The notes: generated by a model not told the origin, from the letters alone. Shown: positions 29,224-40,828, counted from the stretch's first letter. The stretch is DNA of 64,000 bases from Candidatus Sumerlaeota bacterium (GCA_016928995.1 JAFGJS010000054.1:86536-150535); one strand, 5' to 3'. Made by a program: numbers and translations.

Positions 29224-29499
29224 ATGAGCGACGATATTATCAAAATTGTGCAGGATAAACTTGATGAGAAAAATGAAGTCATCAAAGAGCAACAGGTGCA
29301 GATCCAGGAGCAGGATCAGAAGATCGAGGAAATCAAAGAGGAACTTGAAGATAAAAACAATGTGATCAAAGAGCAGCAGCTGCAAATCGCGGAACTCGAG
29401 GGCAAGCTGGAAGAGATGCAGGCGCGCATTGCGGAACTCGAACAAACCGCCACGAGTCATGATGAGTTGGTCAAGCGCCTTAAGGAAGCCATTGAATAG
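29224..29499 (+). CDS. small coiled-coil protein with internal duplication (hypothetical)
   Basis: 91 aa, E/K/Q-rich. Two near-identical halves (DEKNEVIKEQQVQIQEQ versus EDKNNVIKEQQLQIAEL). AT-rich. AAGG RBS before the ATG at 29224. Confidence 0.4.
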   Translation: MSDDIIKIVQDKLDEKNEVIKEQQVQIQEQDQKIEEIKEELEDKNNVIKEQQLQIAELEGKLEEMQARIAELEQTATSHDELVKRLKEAIE

Positions 29500-29542
29500 C
29501 GTTATCGCAAATTAGAATTGAATAGCGTTATCGCAAATTAGA
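29491..29542. repeat. perfect 26-bp tandem duplication (ATTGAATAGCGTTATCGCAAATTAGA x2)
   Basis: Two identical adjacent copies read directly in the sequence. The first copy includes the TAG stop of the coiled-coil ORF. Confidence 0.8.
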
Positions 29543-29553
29543 TCGGAAAACAG

Positions 29554-29597
29554 AACGCCGCCGAGCGTCAGTATATGCCACGGCGGCGTTTGGTTTG
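29554..29597. terminator. candidate bidirectional terminator hairpin between convergent genes
   Basis: AACGCCGCCG ... CGGCGGCGTT 10-bp stem with TGGTTTG following. Lies between the coiled-coil ORF (+) and the aminotransferase (-). Confidence 0.45.
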
Positions 29598-29615
29598 ATA
29601 GACTCAACGTCCGAC

Positions 29616-30806
29616 TTACAGCACGCCGGCGATGGCCTGAGTCAAGTAGTCCATGTTCGCTTCGGTCATGCCAGCCACGTTGATGCGGCCGCTGCCGACG
29701 ATGTAGATTGCGTATTTCTCGCGCAGTTGATCGACCTGATCGCGATTCAATCCGCTGAACGAGAACATGCCGTTTTGCCGCGTGATGAAGGAGAAGTCGC
29801 GCTCCACGCCTTTTTCCTTCAGCGCGTCCACGAAGCGCCGGCGCATGAGATTGATCCGGTCGCGCATCTCTTTCAGTTCACCGAGCCATTCCTGATGGAG
29901 CTGCTTGTCGCTCAGGATTTCGCGCACAATCAGTCCGCCATGCGCAGGCGGATTCGAGTAATTCACGCGAATCACGCGCTTGATCTGACTGAAGGCGGAA
30001 TCCGCCGCAGCCGAGTCCGCCGCGACCAGTGTCAATGCGCCCACGCGATCCTGGTACAGGCCGAAGTTTTTCGAGAAGGAGCTACAGATCAGCAGTTCAC
30101 ATCCGGCCGTGAGGAATTCGCGCAAGCCGGCCGCGTCTTCTTCCATTCCGGCGGCCAGGCCTTGATAGGCGAAGTCGATCAGGGGCATCGCGCCGCCTTC
30201 CGACAATGTCGCGGCGATCTGTTTCCATTGTTCCTGCGTGGGATCCATGCCTGTTGGATTGTGGCAACAGCCATGCAGCAGCACCATGTCGCCTTTGGGG
30301 ATCTGCTTCAACGCAGCGATCATGCCTTCGAAGTCCAGCCGCTGATTCGCCGCGTCGTAATACGGATACGCGACGGTCTCCAGTCCGGCTGCCTCGAAGA
30401 TTCCCTTGTGATTCGCCCAGGTCGGATCGCTGATCCAAACCCTGGCGCCGGGCAGCTGCGTGTGGATGAAGTCGCCCGCCACGCGAAGCGCGCCGGTTCC
30501 GCCGGGAGTATGCGCGGTGCGCGCACGGTTCGAGGCGATGATCTCGTGATCCGCGCCGAACAGCATTCGCTGCGCGTGCAGGGCGTACTGCGGATCGCCG
30601 TTGATCGGCATGTAGCTCTTCGAGTCGGCCGATTTCAAAATGCGCTCTTCGGCTTTCTTGACGGAATTCAACACCGGCGTTTTGCCGTTGGCGTCTTTGT
30701 ACACCCCTACGCCGAGATTGACTTTCTTGGGATTGGGATCCTGTTTGAAGGCTTCGGTCAGCCCCAGAATCGGATCCGCGGGCGCGGCTTGAATGCGTTC
30801 CAGCAT
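29616..30806 (-). CDS. aspartate/aromatic amino acid aminotransferase (class I, AspC family)
   Basis: ~396 aa. PLP-lysine region SFSKNFGLYQDRVG, and NPTG and GRINVAGM motifs typical of AspC/TyrB. Start taken at Met12 (MLERIQ). Confidence 0.85.
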   Translation of the reverse strand: MLERIQAAPADPILGLTEAFKQDPNPKKVNLGVGVYKDANGKTPVLNSVKKAEERILKSADSKSYMPINGDPQYALHAQRMLFGADHEIIASNRARTAHTPGGTGALRVAGDFIHTQLPGARVWISDPTWANHKGIFEAAGLETVAYPYYDAANQRLDFEGMIAALKQIPKGDMVLLHGCCHNPTGMDPTQEQWKQIAATLSEGGAMPLIDFAYQGLAAGMEEDAAGLREFLTAGCELLICSSFSKNFGLYQDRVGALTLVAADSAAADSAFSQIKRVIRVNYSNPPAHGGLIVREILSDKQLHQEWLGELKEMRDRINLMRRRFVDALKEKGVERDFSFITRQNGMFSFSGLNRDQVDQLREKYAIYIVGSGRINVAGMTEANMDYLTQAIAGVL

Positions 30807-30850
30807 GATCGTGCTCCAGTCATAAAAATTATAACGCAAAGTCGCTAAGA

Positions 30851-30886
30851 CGCAAAGAAGCGCTAAGTTTTATCGCTTTCTTTGCG
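30851..30886 (-). terminator. candidate hairpin downstream of argG (CGCAAAGAAGCG / CGCTTTCTTTGCG)
   Basis: 12-bp near-perfect stem. Additional CTTTGCG repeats follow. Confidence 0.35.
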
Positions 30887-30919
30887 AAACTTTGCGACTT
30901 TGCCTCTTTGCGTTAATTT

Positions 30920-32161
30920 CTATTCCTTCGAGGCCAGGCCCTTGCGCGCCAGGATGCGCGCGCTCACGGCCAGCACATTTAAAAAGCCTTCGCTGTCGGC
31001 GTGATTGAACTCGCCAATGCTTTCCATTGATGCGGCGGATTCGCTGTAGATGCTGTGCGGGCAGTCCGTGGCGGCCTCGAACACCACGTTGCCCTTGTAG
31101 CAGCGCACCTTGATCGCGCCGGTGGCCAGTTTGGCGAAATGCGCCGTCGTGGCCCGCGCCGCCGCGCTGGCCGCGTCATACCAGTAGCCCTGGTAAATCT
31201 GCTCGGCCAGCGTTTCGCTCGCTGCACGGAAAACCTTGCGCGCACGGCGGTCGAGAATCAATTGAAGCAGGTAGTCGTAGCACTCGCCAAGCAGCGCGAG
31301 TCCGGGCTGCTCATACACGCCGCGGGATTTGATGCCGACGAAACGGTTTTCCACGACGTGCTTGCAGATGCCTACGCCGTTGCGGCCGGCGATGGCGTTG
31401 GCCTGTTCAAAGGCTTGCAGCACGCTGACGGGCTGGCCGTTCACCGACACGGGGCGTCCGGCTTCGAAGCGCACCTCGAAGGTCTCCGCAGTGTCCGGGG
31501 CTTGATCGGGACGCACGCCGAATTCCGGCTCGACTTCCCATGCGCCGACTTCGAGCGACTCCAGTTTGCCGGCCTCGTGCGTCAGTCCGAGGAAATTGGC
31601 GTCCGTGCTATATGGTTTGTCATGCGAGTGCTTGATTTGCAGACCGTGCTGCTGGCAGAAGTCGATCATCTCCTTGCGTCCGCCGAATGCGCCGAGGAAT
31701 TCCTCGTCGCGCCAGGGAGCGTAAACCGAAAAGTCCGGTTCGACCATGTTCGTGGCGAGCTGAAAGCGCACCTGATCGTTGCCGCGCCCCGTGGCGCCGT
31801 GGCTGATGACGCTGATTCCGCGTTTTTTCATTTCATCCAGAATCAGGCTCGTGGTGACGAAACGGGCGATACCGGTGGTGTTCCAGTAGCCGCCCTCGTA
31901 GGCCGCCTGGGCCTGCACGACGCGCAAGCCTTCTTCGGCCAGCGCTTCGCGGCCGTCGAGCACCACGGCGTCCTGCGCTCCAGCGGCGAGCATGCGTTGC
32001 CGCACGGCTTCCAGATCGGGATCATCGGGCTGGCCCAAGTCAACCGTCATGCTGATGACCTTGACTCCCAGGTCCGTCAGCCAGCGGGTGATGGTCATGC
32101 TATCCAGTCCGCCGGAACCGGCAAAGGCGATGGTTTGGCCCTTTAATTCGCTTGCTTTCAT
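30920..32161 (-). CDS. argG: argininosuccinate synthase
   Basis: 413 aa. PP-loop AFAGSGGLDS and ISHGATGRGNDQVRF motifs. Confidence 0.9.
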   Translation of the reverse strand: MKASELKGQTIAFAGSGGLDSMTITRWLTDLGVKVISMTVDLGQPDDPDLEAVRQRMLAAGAQDAVVLDGREALAEEGLRVVQAQAAYEGGYWNTTGIARFVTTSLILDEMKKRGISVISHGATGRGNDQVRFQLATNMVEPDFSVYAPWRDEEFLGAFGGRKEMIDFCQQHGLQIKHSHDKPYSTDANFLGLTHEAGKLESLEVGAWEVEPEFGVRPDQAPDTAETFEVRFEAGRPVSVNGQPVSVLQAFEQANAIAGRNGVGICKHVVENRFVGIKSRGVYEQPGLALLGECYDYLLQLILDRRARKVFRAASETLAEQIYQGYWYDAASAAARATTAHFAKLATGAIKVRCYKGNVVFEAATDCPHSIYSESAASMESIGEFNHADSEGFLNVLAVSARILARKGLASKE

Positions 32162-32282
32162 GGCAGCGCCTCCTAAAACGCGATCGGCGGCCGCTGAGCC
32201 GCCCTGTTAAATTCCGCAAACCATATAGACGCGGGAAGCTCCGTGTCAAGCAATGGTTGCGTGGAAGGATGTTCTTGATTTT

Positions 32283-32432
32283 GCCCTGTGTCATTTCTTG
32301 CTCTTGATCTTGCTCCTGCTCTTGCTCTGAGATTACGGCACAGTCATGGATTTTGCTCTCGCGGTGTCAGTCATCCAGTCCTAAAACCTGAATTCATAGC
32401 GTTGAGACGGATTGGGAGCAAGAGCAAGAAAT
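32283..32432. repeat. TCTTGCTCTTG / GAGCAAGAGCAAG inverted hexamer-periodic repeat element (argG-secG spacer)
   Basis: TCATTTCTTGCTCTTGATCTTGCTCCTGCTCTTGCTC ... GAGCAAGAGCAAGAAATGA inverted arms. Confidence 0.5.
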
Positions 32433-32593
32433 GAAAAATCGGGTTAAACTTGAGAGCCTGCCGCGTGGAACATCGTGTCGTTTCTTGCTTGACATTCGAT
32501 TGCGGCGCGAGTTGACTCTTCGTTCCGTCCGAGCGTAAAGCCTTGGGCGAAATGGATTTTGCATAACGTTTTGATTCGCAGGGAGAGAATGCG

Positions 32594-33001
32594 ATGAAAT
32601 TGTTTTTCGCGTTGTTGATAGTCGCCTATATTCCGGCTTGTCTGTTGCTGATCGTCGTCGTGCTGGCGCAGGAAGGCAAGGGCGGTGGAGTTTCCGGTTT
32701 GATCGGCGGCGGCTCGCCGCTGGGCGACACGTTGGGCGCATCCGGCGCCGAGGCGGTGTATCGCAAGTGGACCCGCATCATCGCGGCCATCTTTCTCGCG
32801 GGTTCTTTGTTAATCACGCTGAGTTTCCAGGGCATCGCGAAACAAAGCGACCAGTCTGATTCGCTGGCGGGCGTGAAGGATGAATCGCAGACGGCTGTCA
32901 CGACTCAGGAAGCGGCTCCGGCCGATACGGGCGGAGAAGAGCCAGCCGCGACGAATCTGCTGGAAACGATCAGCGACTCTGAGCCAACTACAAACCAGTG
33001 A
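32594..33001 (+). CDS. secG: preprotein translocase subunit SecG
   Basis: 135 aa. Two TM helices with Gly-rich loop LAQEGKGGGVSGLIGGG and a low-complexity C-terminal tail. Confidence 0.8.
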   Translation: MKLFFALLIVAYIPACLLLIVVVLAQEGKGGGVSGLIGGGSPLGDTLGASGAEAVYRKWTRIIAAIFLAGSLLITLSFQGIAKQSDQSDSLAGVKDESQTAVTTQEAAPADTGGEEPAATNLLETISDSEPTTNQ

Positions 33002-34410
33002 ATGTCTTTGGACGAATCGCCCTCCTTTGCGGATTGACCTTGCTGTTGAGCGGATGCGCGCGTTTGGCGCCTTCGCTTCAATCGAAGTCCCGAGCATTTT
33101 CCGTGGAACAACACACCCTCGACAACGGCCTGACCGTGCTGATTAATGAATCGCATGCCCATCCGCTTGTGACCATTGATCTGTGGGTTGAGGTCGGGTC
33201 GGCGTATGAGCCGGAAGAGCTGGCGGGCGTTTCGCATTATCTTGAGCATATGCTGTTTAAGGGCACGCCGGAGCACAAGGTCGGCGATATCGACCGCATC
33301 GTGGAAAACATGGGCGGCTTGTGGAACGCAGGAACCTCGCGCGATTACACTCATTTTTACATCACGGTCGGCTCGTCCTTTTTCGAACCGGCGCTGAAAA
33401 TCCTGACGGACGTGGTGTTGCGTCCGAGCATCGACGCAAACGAGTTTGAGCGGGAGCGCTCCGTGATCCTTGAGGAGATCCGCCGCAAGCAGGACAATCC
33501 CTCGGCGTCGCTGTGGGATGAAACTTACGCCCGCGCGTATGAAAAAAGCCCGTATAAGGGAAGCGTGCTGGGACCGGCGGAATCGATCAAGGCGATGCCG
33601 CATTCCGGCATGCTCGGTTATTACGCGGAGCATTATCAGCCGGGCAGGATGACGCTGGCGCTCGTGGGCGACGTTGAAACGTCGCATGCGCTGAGCTGCA
33701 TCGAGAGCGTATTTGACGCCGCGCTGGCGGACCGTCCGGCGATCCGGCCCAAAGAAGAAGCCGGCGTTGAATTTGATTCTCTGGGCGAGCTGTCGATCAA
33801 TGCGGTATATGCCTCGCGCGGCCGGACGGACCTGCGCCGCGATACGCAGGAGGCTTACGTGGCGATCGCCTGGCCTGCCGCGGGCATGGATCAACTCGAT
33901 GATGTGTATCCGCTCGATGCGCTGGCCACGATTCTGGGCGATGGCCGCACGTCCCGCTTGTACCGCACGATCCGCGAGGAGAAACAGCTCGCGACTGCAA
34001 TCAGTTGCTCGTATTTGACGCAAAAGGGGCCGTCGCTTATGGTTGTGGTTGCTGCTACGGCGCCGGACAAGGTTGATGCGCTGATCGAGGCCGTGGAGGA
34101 TGAGATGGAGCGGATGCGCCAAGATCCCGTGGAGAGCAAGGAGTTGGATCGCGTCCGCGCGATGCTGCGCAATCAGCGTATTTTCGCCACGGAAACCACC
34201 TCGGGCGAGGCGTCGTTGATCGGTTATGGGTACACGGTCAGCGGCGGAGTGGAGTTTGAGCAGACATATCTGGATCGTATCGAAGCATTGAACGCGGGCG
34301 ATTTACGCCGCGCTGCAATGCGTTATCTCAAACCGGAACACCGTGTTGTCACTGTGATTCTGCCGCAGCAAACCGCGTCAGAGGAGCCGCCTGCCGGCGA
34401 GTCGAATTGA
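32998..34410 (+). CDS. M16 family zinc metallopeptidase (insulinase-like), lipoprotein
   Basis: HxxEH zinc motif HYLEHMLFKG. Lipobox LLSGCA. GTG start overlapping the secG stop. Confidence 0.85.
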   Translation: MNVFGRIALLCGLTLLLSGCARLAPSLQSKSRAFSVEQHTLDNGLTVLINESHAHPLVTIDLWVEVGSAYEPEELAGVSHYLEHMLFKGTPEHKVGDIDRIVENMGGLWNAGTSRDYTHFYITVGSSFFEPALKILTDVVLRPSIDANEFERERSVILEEIRRKQDNPSASLWDETYARAYEKSPYKGSVLGPAESIKAMPHSGMLGYYAEHYQPGRMTLALVGDVETSHALSCIESVFDAALADRPAIRPKEEAGVEFDSLGELSINAVYASRGRTDLRRDTQEAYVAIAWPAAGMDQLDDVYPLDALATILGDGRTSRLYRTIREEKQLATAISCSYLTQKGPSLMVVVAATAPDKVDALIEAVEDEMERMRQDPVESKELDRVRAMLRNQRIFATETTSGEASLIGYGYTVSGGVEFEQTYLDRIEALNAGDLRRAAMRYLKPEHRVVTVILPQQTASEEPPAGESN

Positions 34411-34675
34411 CCTGCGCATTCAATAAAATCAAACAGCGACGGTTGAAAAACACACAAAGCGCTTGATTTTTCTCCAAAAAATAACGATATAGCTGTGTCC
34501 GTAGATGAATGTAGTTCCGGACAATGACCGCGGAAGCCTTCATAAGATCTTCATTTTCGCGTCTTAAGTGATAGCGAAAACGCTTCCGCGAAAAGCCGCG
34601 AAAGGCAGGCGGGGCGAGCGGCGCCATACGGAGCACGGCTGAACCGAAGGCGACCAGCCCTGAACGAGGCGAGCC

Positions 34676-34927
34676 ATGAGCGGCGAGAACGACGAAGAGC
34701 ATAAAGAAAAAGAGAAGCAGCGGAAATTGCCCGTGGCGCCGGAGGCGTTGGAGGCGCTGATGATTCCGTTTTTACTCGGCGCCGGACCGATCGTCGGCTG
34801 GTATCTGGGCAATCAGGCGGATCAGTGGTTTGGCAGCAGTCCCTGGGGGCAATTCATCGGACTTGGCTTCGGCCTCGGCGCTGGCGTCCATCAAGCAGTG
34901 ATCATCATCCGGCGGATTTCACGATGA
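34676..34927 (+). CDS. AtpZ/AtpR-like small membrane protein preceding ATP synthase operon
   Basis: 83 aa with two hydrophobic helices. Positioned at the head of the atp operon. Its stop overlaps the atpI start (ATGA). Confidence 0.55.
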   Translation: MSGENDEEHKEKEKQRKLPVAPEALEALMIPFLLGAGPIVGWYLGNQADQWFGSSPWGQFIGLGFGLGAGVHQAVIIIRRISR

Positions 34928-35364
34928 ATGGAAATACGACACCCCAAACGCCCCCGAGCGAAAGCATCGGCCGGGATGTGGCCCAGCGCGCGGCGATCAT
35001 GGCAGGCTGGATCACGCTCTGCGGTTTTTGTTGTTATGCAGCGTTCGGTTCATGGCAGAATGGCGCGCAGTACGCCATGTTCAGTCTTTGGGGCGTGTTT
35101 TTTCTGCTGGTGATCCGCCGTTTCATTATGGCGATCTTCCGCAAGGACGGTCTGTCCACGGCGGGCTGGGGCGCGGCCAATGCGGGGATGATGCTGGCGC
35201 TGCTGGGATTGTGCCTGCTGTTCACGGCGCTGGAGCGCCTCAGCGCGGCGGCCATGTTGCTCGGGATTCATACGATCTATCTGGCGCTGATTTGGAAAGC
35301 ATTGCGCAGCGGATCGCAAGGCGCCGGCGTCAAGCCCAATGAAAACGGCACGATATGCGAATGA
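34924..35364 (+). CDS. atpI: ATP synthase protein I (AtpI)
   Basis: ~146-aa hydrophobic protein between atpZ and atpB. The ATG at 34924 was chosen over the extended ORF-track start at 34825. Confidence 0.55.
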   Translation: MNGNTTPQTPPSESIGRDVAQRAAIMAGWITLCGFCCYAAFGSWQNGAQYAMFSLWGVFFLLVIRRFIMAIFRKDGLSTAGWGAANAGMMLALLGLCLLFTALERLSAAAMLLGIHTIYLALIWKALRSGSQGAGVKPNENGTICE

Positions 35365-35450
35365 AAATGAGATAATAAGAGGATAGATTTTGACATTCAT
35401 ACGCGGTTTATTTTTGATGCCAGAAGCAGGCGTGGGAGATTGATTTCAGA

Positions 35451-36374
35451 ATGGCAGCATTGGATACGCAACATAACACGCTGAATGAGCATGAGGGCGC
35501 CGCCGCAGCCGGTGAACACGGCGAGACGGGAGCGGGCGCCGAACACTCGAATGGCGAAGAGGGGCATGGCGCCGGCGGGCAAGATATTCATGAAGTGCCG
35601 CATGTGCTTTACGTCGTAACGGAAAGTTTGAACCGGTCGGGGCATGCTCACGCCGCGCACGTCATCGAGCGATATGAAAACACGATCTACTCGTTTGGCT
35701 TTGTGATTATTTTCTGCCTGTTCGTGCGGATCGCCATGAAGCAGCGCCGCGTGATTCCAGGCAAACTGCAAAACGCCGTCGAGGCCGTGGTGGAGCTGTT
35801 CTATAACTTTTTCCGCGAGCTCCTCGGCGATAAGCACGCCCAGCGATTTCTGCCGTTCCTCGGCAGTCTCTTTTTATTCATCATCTGCAATAATTACATG
35901 GGGCTTGTGCCGGGATTAAAGGCCCCGACTTCCGTGCCGCAGACCACGTTCGCGCTGGCGGCGTGCGTGTTTGTCTATGTGCAATACATCGGGATCCAGT
36001 TGAACGGCATCGGCGGCTACATCTTTCATCTGATGGGTTCGCCGCGCAGCGTCGTGGAATGGTGTTTGATGCCGTTCATGTTTGTGCTGCACACCATCGG
36101 CGAGTTGATCAAGCCGGTCTCGTTGGCCTTGCGTCTTATGGGCAATATCATGGGCGAGGACATTCTGATTTTCGTGATGGCGACGCTGGGCACGGCGCTG
36201 GCCGCGGCGATCGGATTGGGCGCGCTGCATATCGGGCTGCCGTTGCAGCTGCCGTTCATGTTTCTCTCGCTGTTGCTGGGCGGAATTCAGGCGCTGGTGT
36301 TCACGCTGCTGGCGGCGATTTATTTCCTGCTGATGTTCCCGCATGAGGAGCATCATGGCGAGGAAGAGCATTAA
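35451..36374 (+). CDS. atpB: F0F1 ATP synthase subunit a, with His/Gly/Glu-rich N- and C-terminal extensions
   Basis: 307 aa. The conserved a-subunit core (...[15 protein letters not shown]...) is flanked by [30 protein letters not shown] at the N-terminus and [10 protein letters not shown] at the C-terminus. Confidence 0.9.
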   Translation: MAALDTQHNTLNEHEGAAAAGEHGETGAGAEHSNGEEGHGAGGQDIHEVPHVLYVVTESLNRSGHAHAAHVIERYENTIYSFGFVIIFCLFVRIAMKQRRVIPGKLQNAVEAVVELFYNFFRELLGDKHAQRFLPFLGSLFLFIICNNYMGLVPGLKAPTSVPQTTFALAACVFVYVQYIGIQLNGIGGYIFHLMGSPRSVVEWCLMPFMFVLHTIGELIKPVSLALRLMGNIMGEDILIFVMATLGTALAAAIGLGALHIGLPLQLPFMFLSLLLGGIQALVFTLLAAIYFLLMFPHEEHHGEEEH

Positions 36375-36442
36375 CAGAAATCAAGATCGGGAATTATACG
36401 AACAATCATCATAATCCAACAATCGTACGCGGAGGATTGATC

Positions 36443-36721
36443 ATGGAAAATTTCCAGTGGGTGTTCGCTCTGATGGCCATTGGCTACCCGCTCGGGCTGG
36501 GCATTGCGGCTTTGGGCAGCGGTCTGGGTCTGGGCAAGGCGGTGAGTTCGGCTTTGGAGGCCGCCGGTCGTCAGCCGGAGGCCGCCGGCAAGCTGCAGAC
36601 GATGATGATCATCGGCGCAGCGTTCATTGAGGCGTTGACGATCTATGCGCTGATCAGCCCGTTCCTGGCCAAGGCCACTTTTATGGACGTCATCATCAAA
36701 GCGGCGGAAAAGATCCAGTAA
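36443..36721 (+). CDS. atpE: F0F1 ATP synthase subunit c
   Basis: Hairpin c-subunit with [14 protein letters not shown] and the ion-binding E in [19 protein letters not shown] six nt before the ATG at 36443. Confidence 0.9.
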   Translation: MENFQWVFALMAIGYPLGLGIAALGSGLGLGKAVSSALEAAGRQPEAAGKLQTMMIIGAAFIEALTIYALISPFLAKATFMDVIIKAAEKIQ

Positions 36722-36850
36722 GCTGGAGCGGAATTCGAAGAGACCGGCGACGGCATAGCTGCCGTTGTCCTGCGCCATCGGCGTGGCAGGTCGCCGTTCC
36801 GGCGGCGGCCTTCTCAGCCATGCAGCGAAAAATGCAAGGAGCCCGTCATC

Positions 36851-37348
36851 ATGGGTGCAATCATACTTGAAAATCTCGGGCCGATCTCGGCGCAAGTGAT
36901 TTCGTTTTTGATCTTTTACTGGCTGCTGAAGCGCTTTGCCTGGGGTCCGGTGATGGTTCTGCTGGAGGAGCGCCGCAAGCGGATCAAGGGCGAATACGAC
37001 AAGGTCAGCGCGCTCCAGAAGCAGATGGAAGAGCTCAAGACGGACTATGAGAAGCGCATCGGGGCGATTGAGGCCGAGGCGCGCGAGCGCGTGCAGGAGG
37101 GCGTGAAGGAAGGCCGCCGCGTGGCGGAGGAGATCGCCGAAAAAGCCCGCGCCGAGGCGCGCGAGCGCGTCGAGAAGTCCAAGCAGATGATCGATCTGGA
37201 GATGATCAAGGCGCGCAAGGAACTGCGCGAGCAGATCGTTGATATCGCGATGAAGACTTCGGAGCTGGCTGTGCGTGAACGGCTGGACCGCACCAAGCAT
37301 GATGAATTAGTGGGGCGGTTTATCGATGAGCTGAACGCGAAGAATTAG
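36851..37348 (+). CDS. atpF: F0F1 ATP synthase subunit b
   Basis: 165 aa. N-terminal TM helix followed by a long charged helix. Confidence 0.85.
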   Translation: MGAIILENLGPISAQVISFLIFYWLLKRFAWGPVMVLLEERRKRIKGEYDKVSALQKQMEELKTDYEKRIGAIEAEARERVQEGVKEGRRVAEEIAEKARAEARERVEKSKQMIDLEMIKARKELREQIVDIAMKTSELAVRERLDRTKHDELVGRFIDELNAKN

Positions 37349-37485
37349 GGATAGTGGTCCGAGTTTAGAGTTTAGAGGTTAGAAGTCAGGATCAGTCGGA
37401 CGGGTCGGACATGTCGAACTCGTCTGACGGATTTGAAGCCGGAAGAATGCCGTTTAGAATTTAGAGTATCGGATATTGGAAGAAG

Positions 37486-38034
37486 ATGATTCTTGATCCC
37501 GAAGTGGCTGAACGTTATGGCGATGCGCTGTTTGCGGTGGCGAAACGGCGCAACGAGCTGGATGCGATCTGGCAAGATGCGGAAGAGCTGATGGCGCTCG
37601 TGCCGCGCGGCAGCCAGATCCGCACGTTTCTCGAAGGTCCGCAGTTCAACACGGCGGATCAGGAGCGCGTGGTGGAGAAGGTGTTCAAGGGGCAGTTGCA
37701 CGAGCTGCTGACGAATCTGCTGCATCTGCTGATCCACCGCCGACGGATTTATTATCTGGAGGCGATTCTGGAGACCTTCCAGCGCCTGGTGGAGGAAAGC
37801 CGCGGGATTTATCCGGCGGAGGTCGTCAGCGCAGTGGAACTGAACGAGGCGCAGAAGAGGGACGTGGAGGCGTGTATGGAGCGCTATACGCAAACCGATC
37901 TGCGCATCCACTGGCGCGTGGAGGAAAATTTGATCGGCGGGCTGGTGGTGAAGTTCAAGGATTTGCTGATCGACGACAGCGTCAGCACGCGATTTGCGAA
38001 ATTGAAACATGATATGATGGCGGTCAGGGTTTGA
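37486..38034 (+). CDS. atpH: F0F1 ATP synthase subunit delta
   Basis: 182 aa, OSCP/delta-like. Placed between atpF and atpA. Confidence 0.85.
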   Translation: MILDPEVAERYGDALFAVAKRRNELDAIWQDAEELMALVPRGSQIRTFLEGPQFNTADQERVVEKVFKGQLHELLTNLLHLLIHRRRIYYLEAILETFQRLVEESRGIYPAEVVSAVELNEAQKRDVEACMERYTQTDLRIHWRVEENLIGGLVVKFKDLLIDDSVSTRFAKLKHDMMAVRV

Positions 38035-38135
38035 GCTTGGAAACGAGTGAACGGAAAGCGGAAGGCGCGGCGAACGCGGCGCAGCCGTCAATAGAGTGAA
38101 TCAACGAATCATTTATCATAAAGAGGTACGCGTCC

Positions 38136-39653
<1,518 letters not shown>

Positions 39654-39671
39654 GCGGCCAGGAAGCGACTT

Positions 39672-40562
39672 ATGGCGGAAAACCTGAAAGCATTACGGCG
39701 GCGCATCCGCTCCATCGGCAACACGATGAAGATCACGCGCGCGATGGAGATGGTCTCCGCGGCGAAGCTGCGCCGCACGCAGTCGATCTTGCACGCCGGT
39801 CAACCGTATGCTGAAAAATTGCAGGAGTTGCTGCAGCGCCTGGCCGGCGCCGCGGGCGATTCCGATCCGCTGTTCGCGCGCCGCGAGGCCGGACGCATCG
39901 CCATCGTCGTCTTCACCGGCGACCGCGGATTGTGCGGCGGCTTCAACAACAACCTGCTGCAAATGGCCGAACGCTGGATCAAGGAACGCGGCAAGGATAA
40001 CGTCGATGTCGTCTGCATGGGCAAAAAGGCCCGCGACTATCTCGGCAAGCGCGGATATAAAATCCTCAACGCTCACATCGATCTGGGCGGACTGCCCGAG
40101 GCGCCGTTGGCGCGCGAGACCGCCAACGAGCTCCGGGATTGCTTCCTGGCCGAGGATTATAATCGCGTTTTCCTGCTGTATAATTGTTTCATCAGCCAGG
40201 CGCAGTATGAGCCGGTGGTCGAGCAGTTCCTGCCGCTGAGTCCGGATGAGATCTCCGAGGAAGGCGATGGAGACGAACAGAAAAAGGGCTTGCACGCCGA
40301 AGTGGAGTATATCTACGAGCCGGATCAGAAGCAGCTGTTCGCCCGTTTGCTGCCGGCGTACCTGGAGTCGATGATGTACATCACGCTGGCGCAGAGCATG
40401 ACGGCCGAGCATAGCGCGCGGATGATGGCGATGAACAATGCGACGAAGAATTGCGGCGAGCTGATCGACAGTCTGACGCTGAAGATGAACAAGGCGCGGC
40501 AGGCGGCGATCACGACGGAAATTCTTGAGGTTGTCGGCGGGGCTGACGCGCTGAAGGGATGA
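39672..40562 (+). CDS. atpG: F0F1 ATP synthase subunit gamma
   Basis: 296 aa. MAENLKALRRRIRSIGNTMKITRAMEMVSAAKLRR N-terminus typical of gamma. Confidence 0.9.
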   Translation: MAENLKALRRRIRSIGNTMKITRAMEMVSAAKLRRTQSILHAGQPYAEKLQELLQRLAGAAGDSDPLFARREAGRIAIVVFTGDRGLCGGFNNNLLQMAERWIKERGKDNVDVVCMGKKARDYLGKRGYKILNAHIDLGGLPEAPLARETANELRDCFLAEDYNRVFLLYNCFISQAQYEPVVEQFLPLSPDEISEEGDGDEQKKGLHAEVEYIYEPDQKQLFARLLPAYLESMMYITLAQSMTAEHSARMMAMNNATKNCGELIDSLTLKMNKARQAAITTEILEVVGGADALKG

Positions 40563-40564
40563 TT

Positions 40565-40790
40565 TTTTAATTCACCACAGAGGACACAGAGAACTGATTT
40601 TTTTTGACGGGATGAACAGGATTCGCAGGATTTGAAAACTGGCATCAGCCGAAAAATAATGACCGGCTGAAGTTGAGTTTAAGCAAGGCGCGGGAAGACG
40701 AGGGCAGGCAATAAGGTTTTATTGCTCGAACAATAAAAAAACCCTCAGTGCTCTCTGTGTGCTCTGTGGTAAAAAAAGAAGTTTCGAATC
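40565..40790. repeat. TIR-bounded MITE-like element inserted between atpG and atpD
   Basis: TTCACCACAGAGGACACAGAGAAC ... TCAGTGCTCTCTGTGTGCTCTGTGG inverted termini. Internal GGATGAACAGGATTCGCAGGATT module shared with the 11385-11745 copy. Confidence 0.6.
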
Positions 40791-40828
40791 AGCATTCAAC
40801 GATAAGGAAATATTTTTCACAGGACTGA

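Noticed and set aside
29491-29542. Possible CRISPR array
   Set aside because: There are only two identical 26-bp units in direct tandem with no spacers and no cas genes. It is a simple tandem duplication.
32162-32593. tRNA or other RNA gene downstream of argG and upstream of secG, and elsewhere
   Set aside because: All spacers were scanned for T-loop (GTTCRANYC) and acceptor-stem signatures and none were found. The spacer here is occupied by the GAGCAAGAG inverted repeat element instead.
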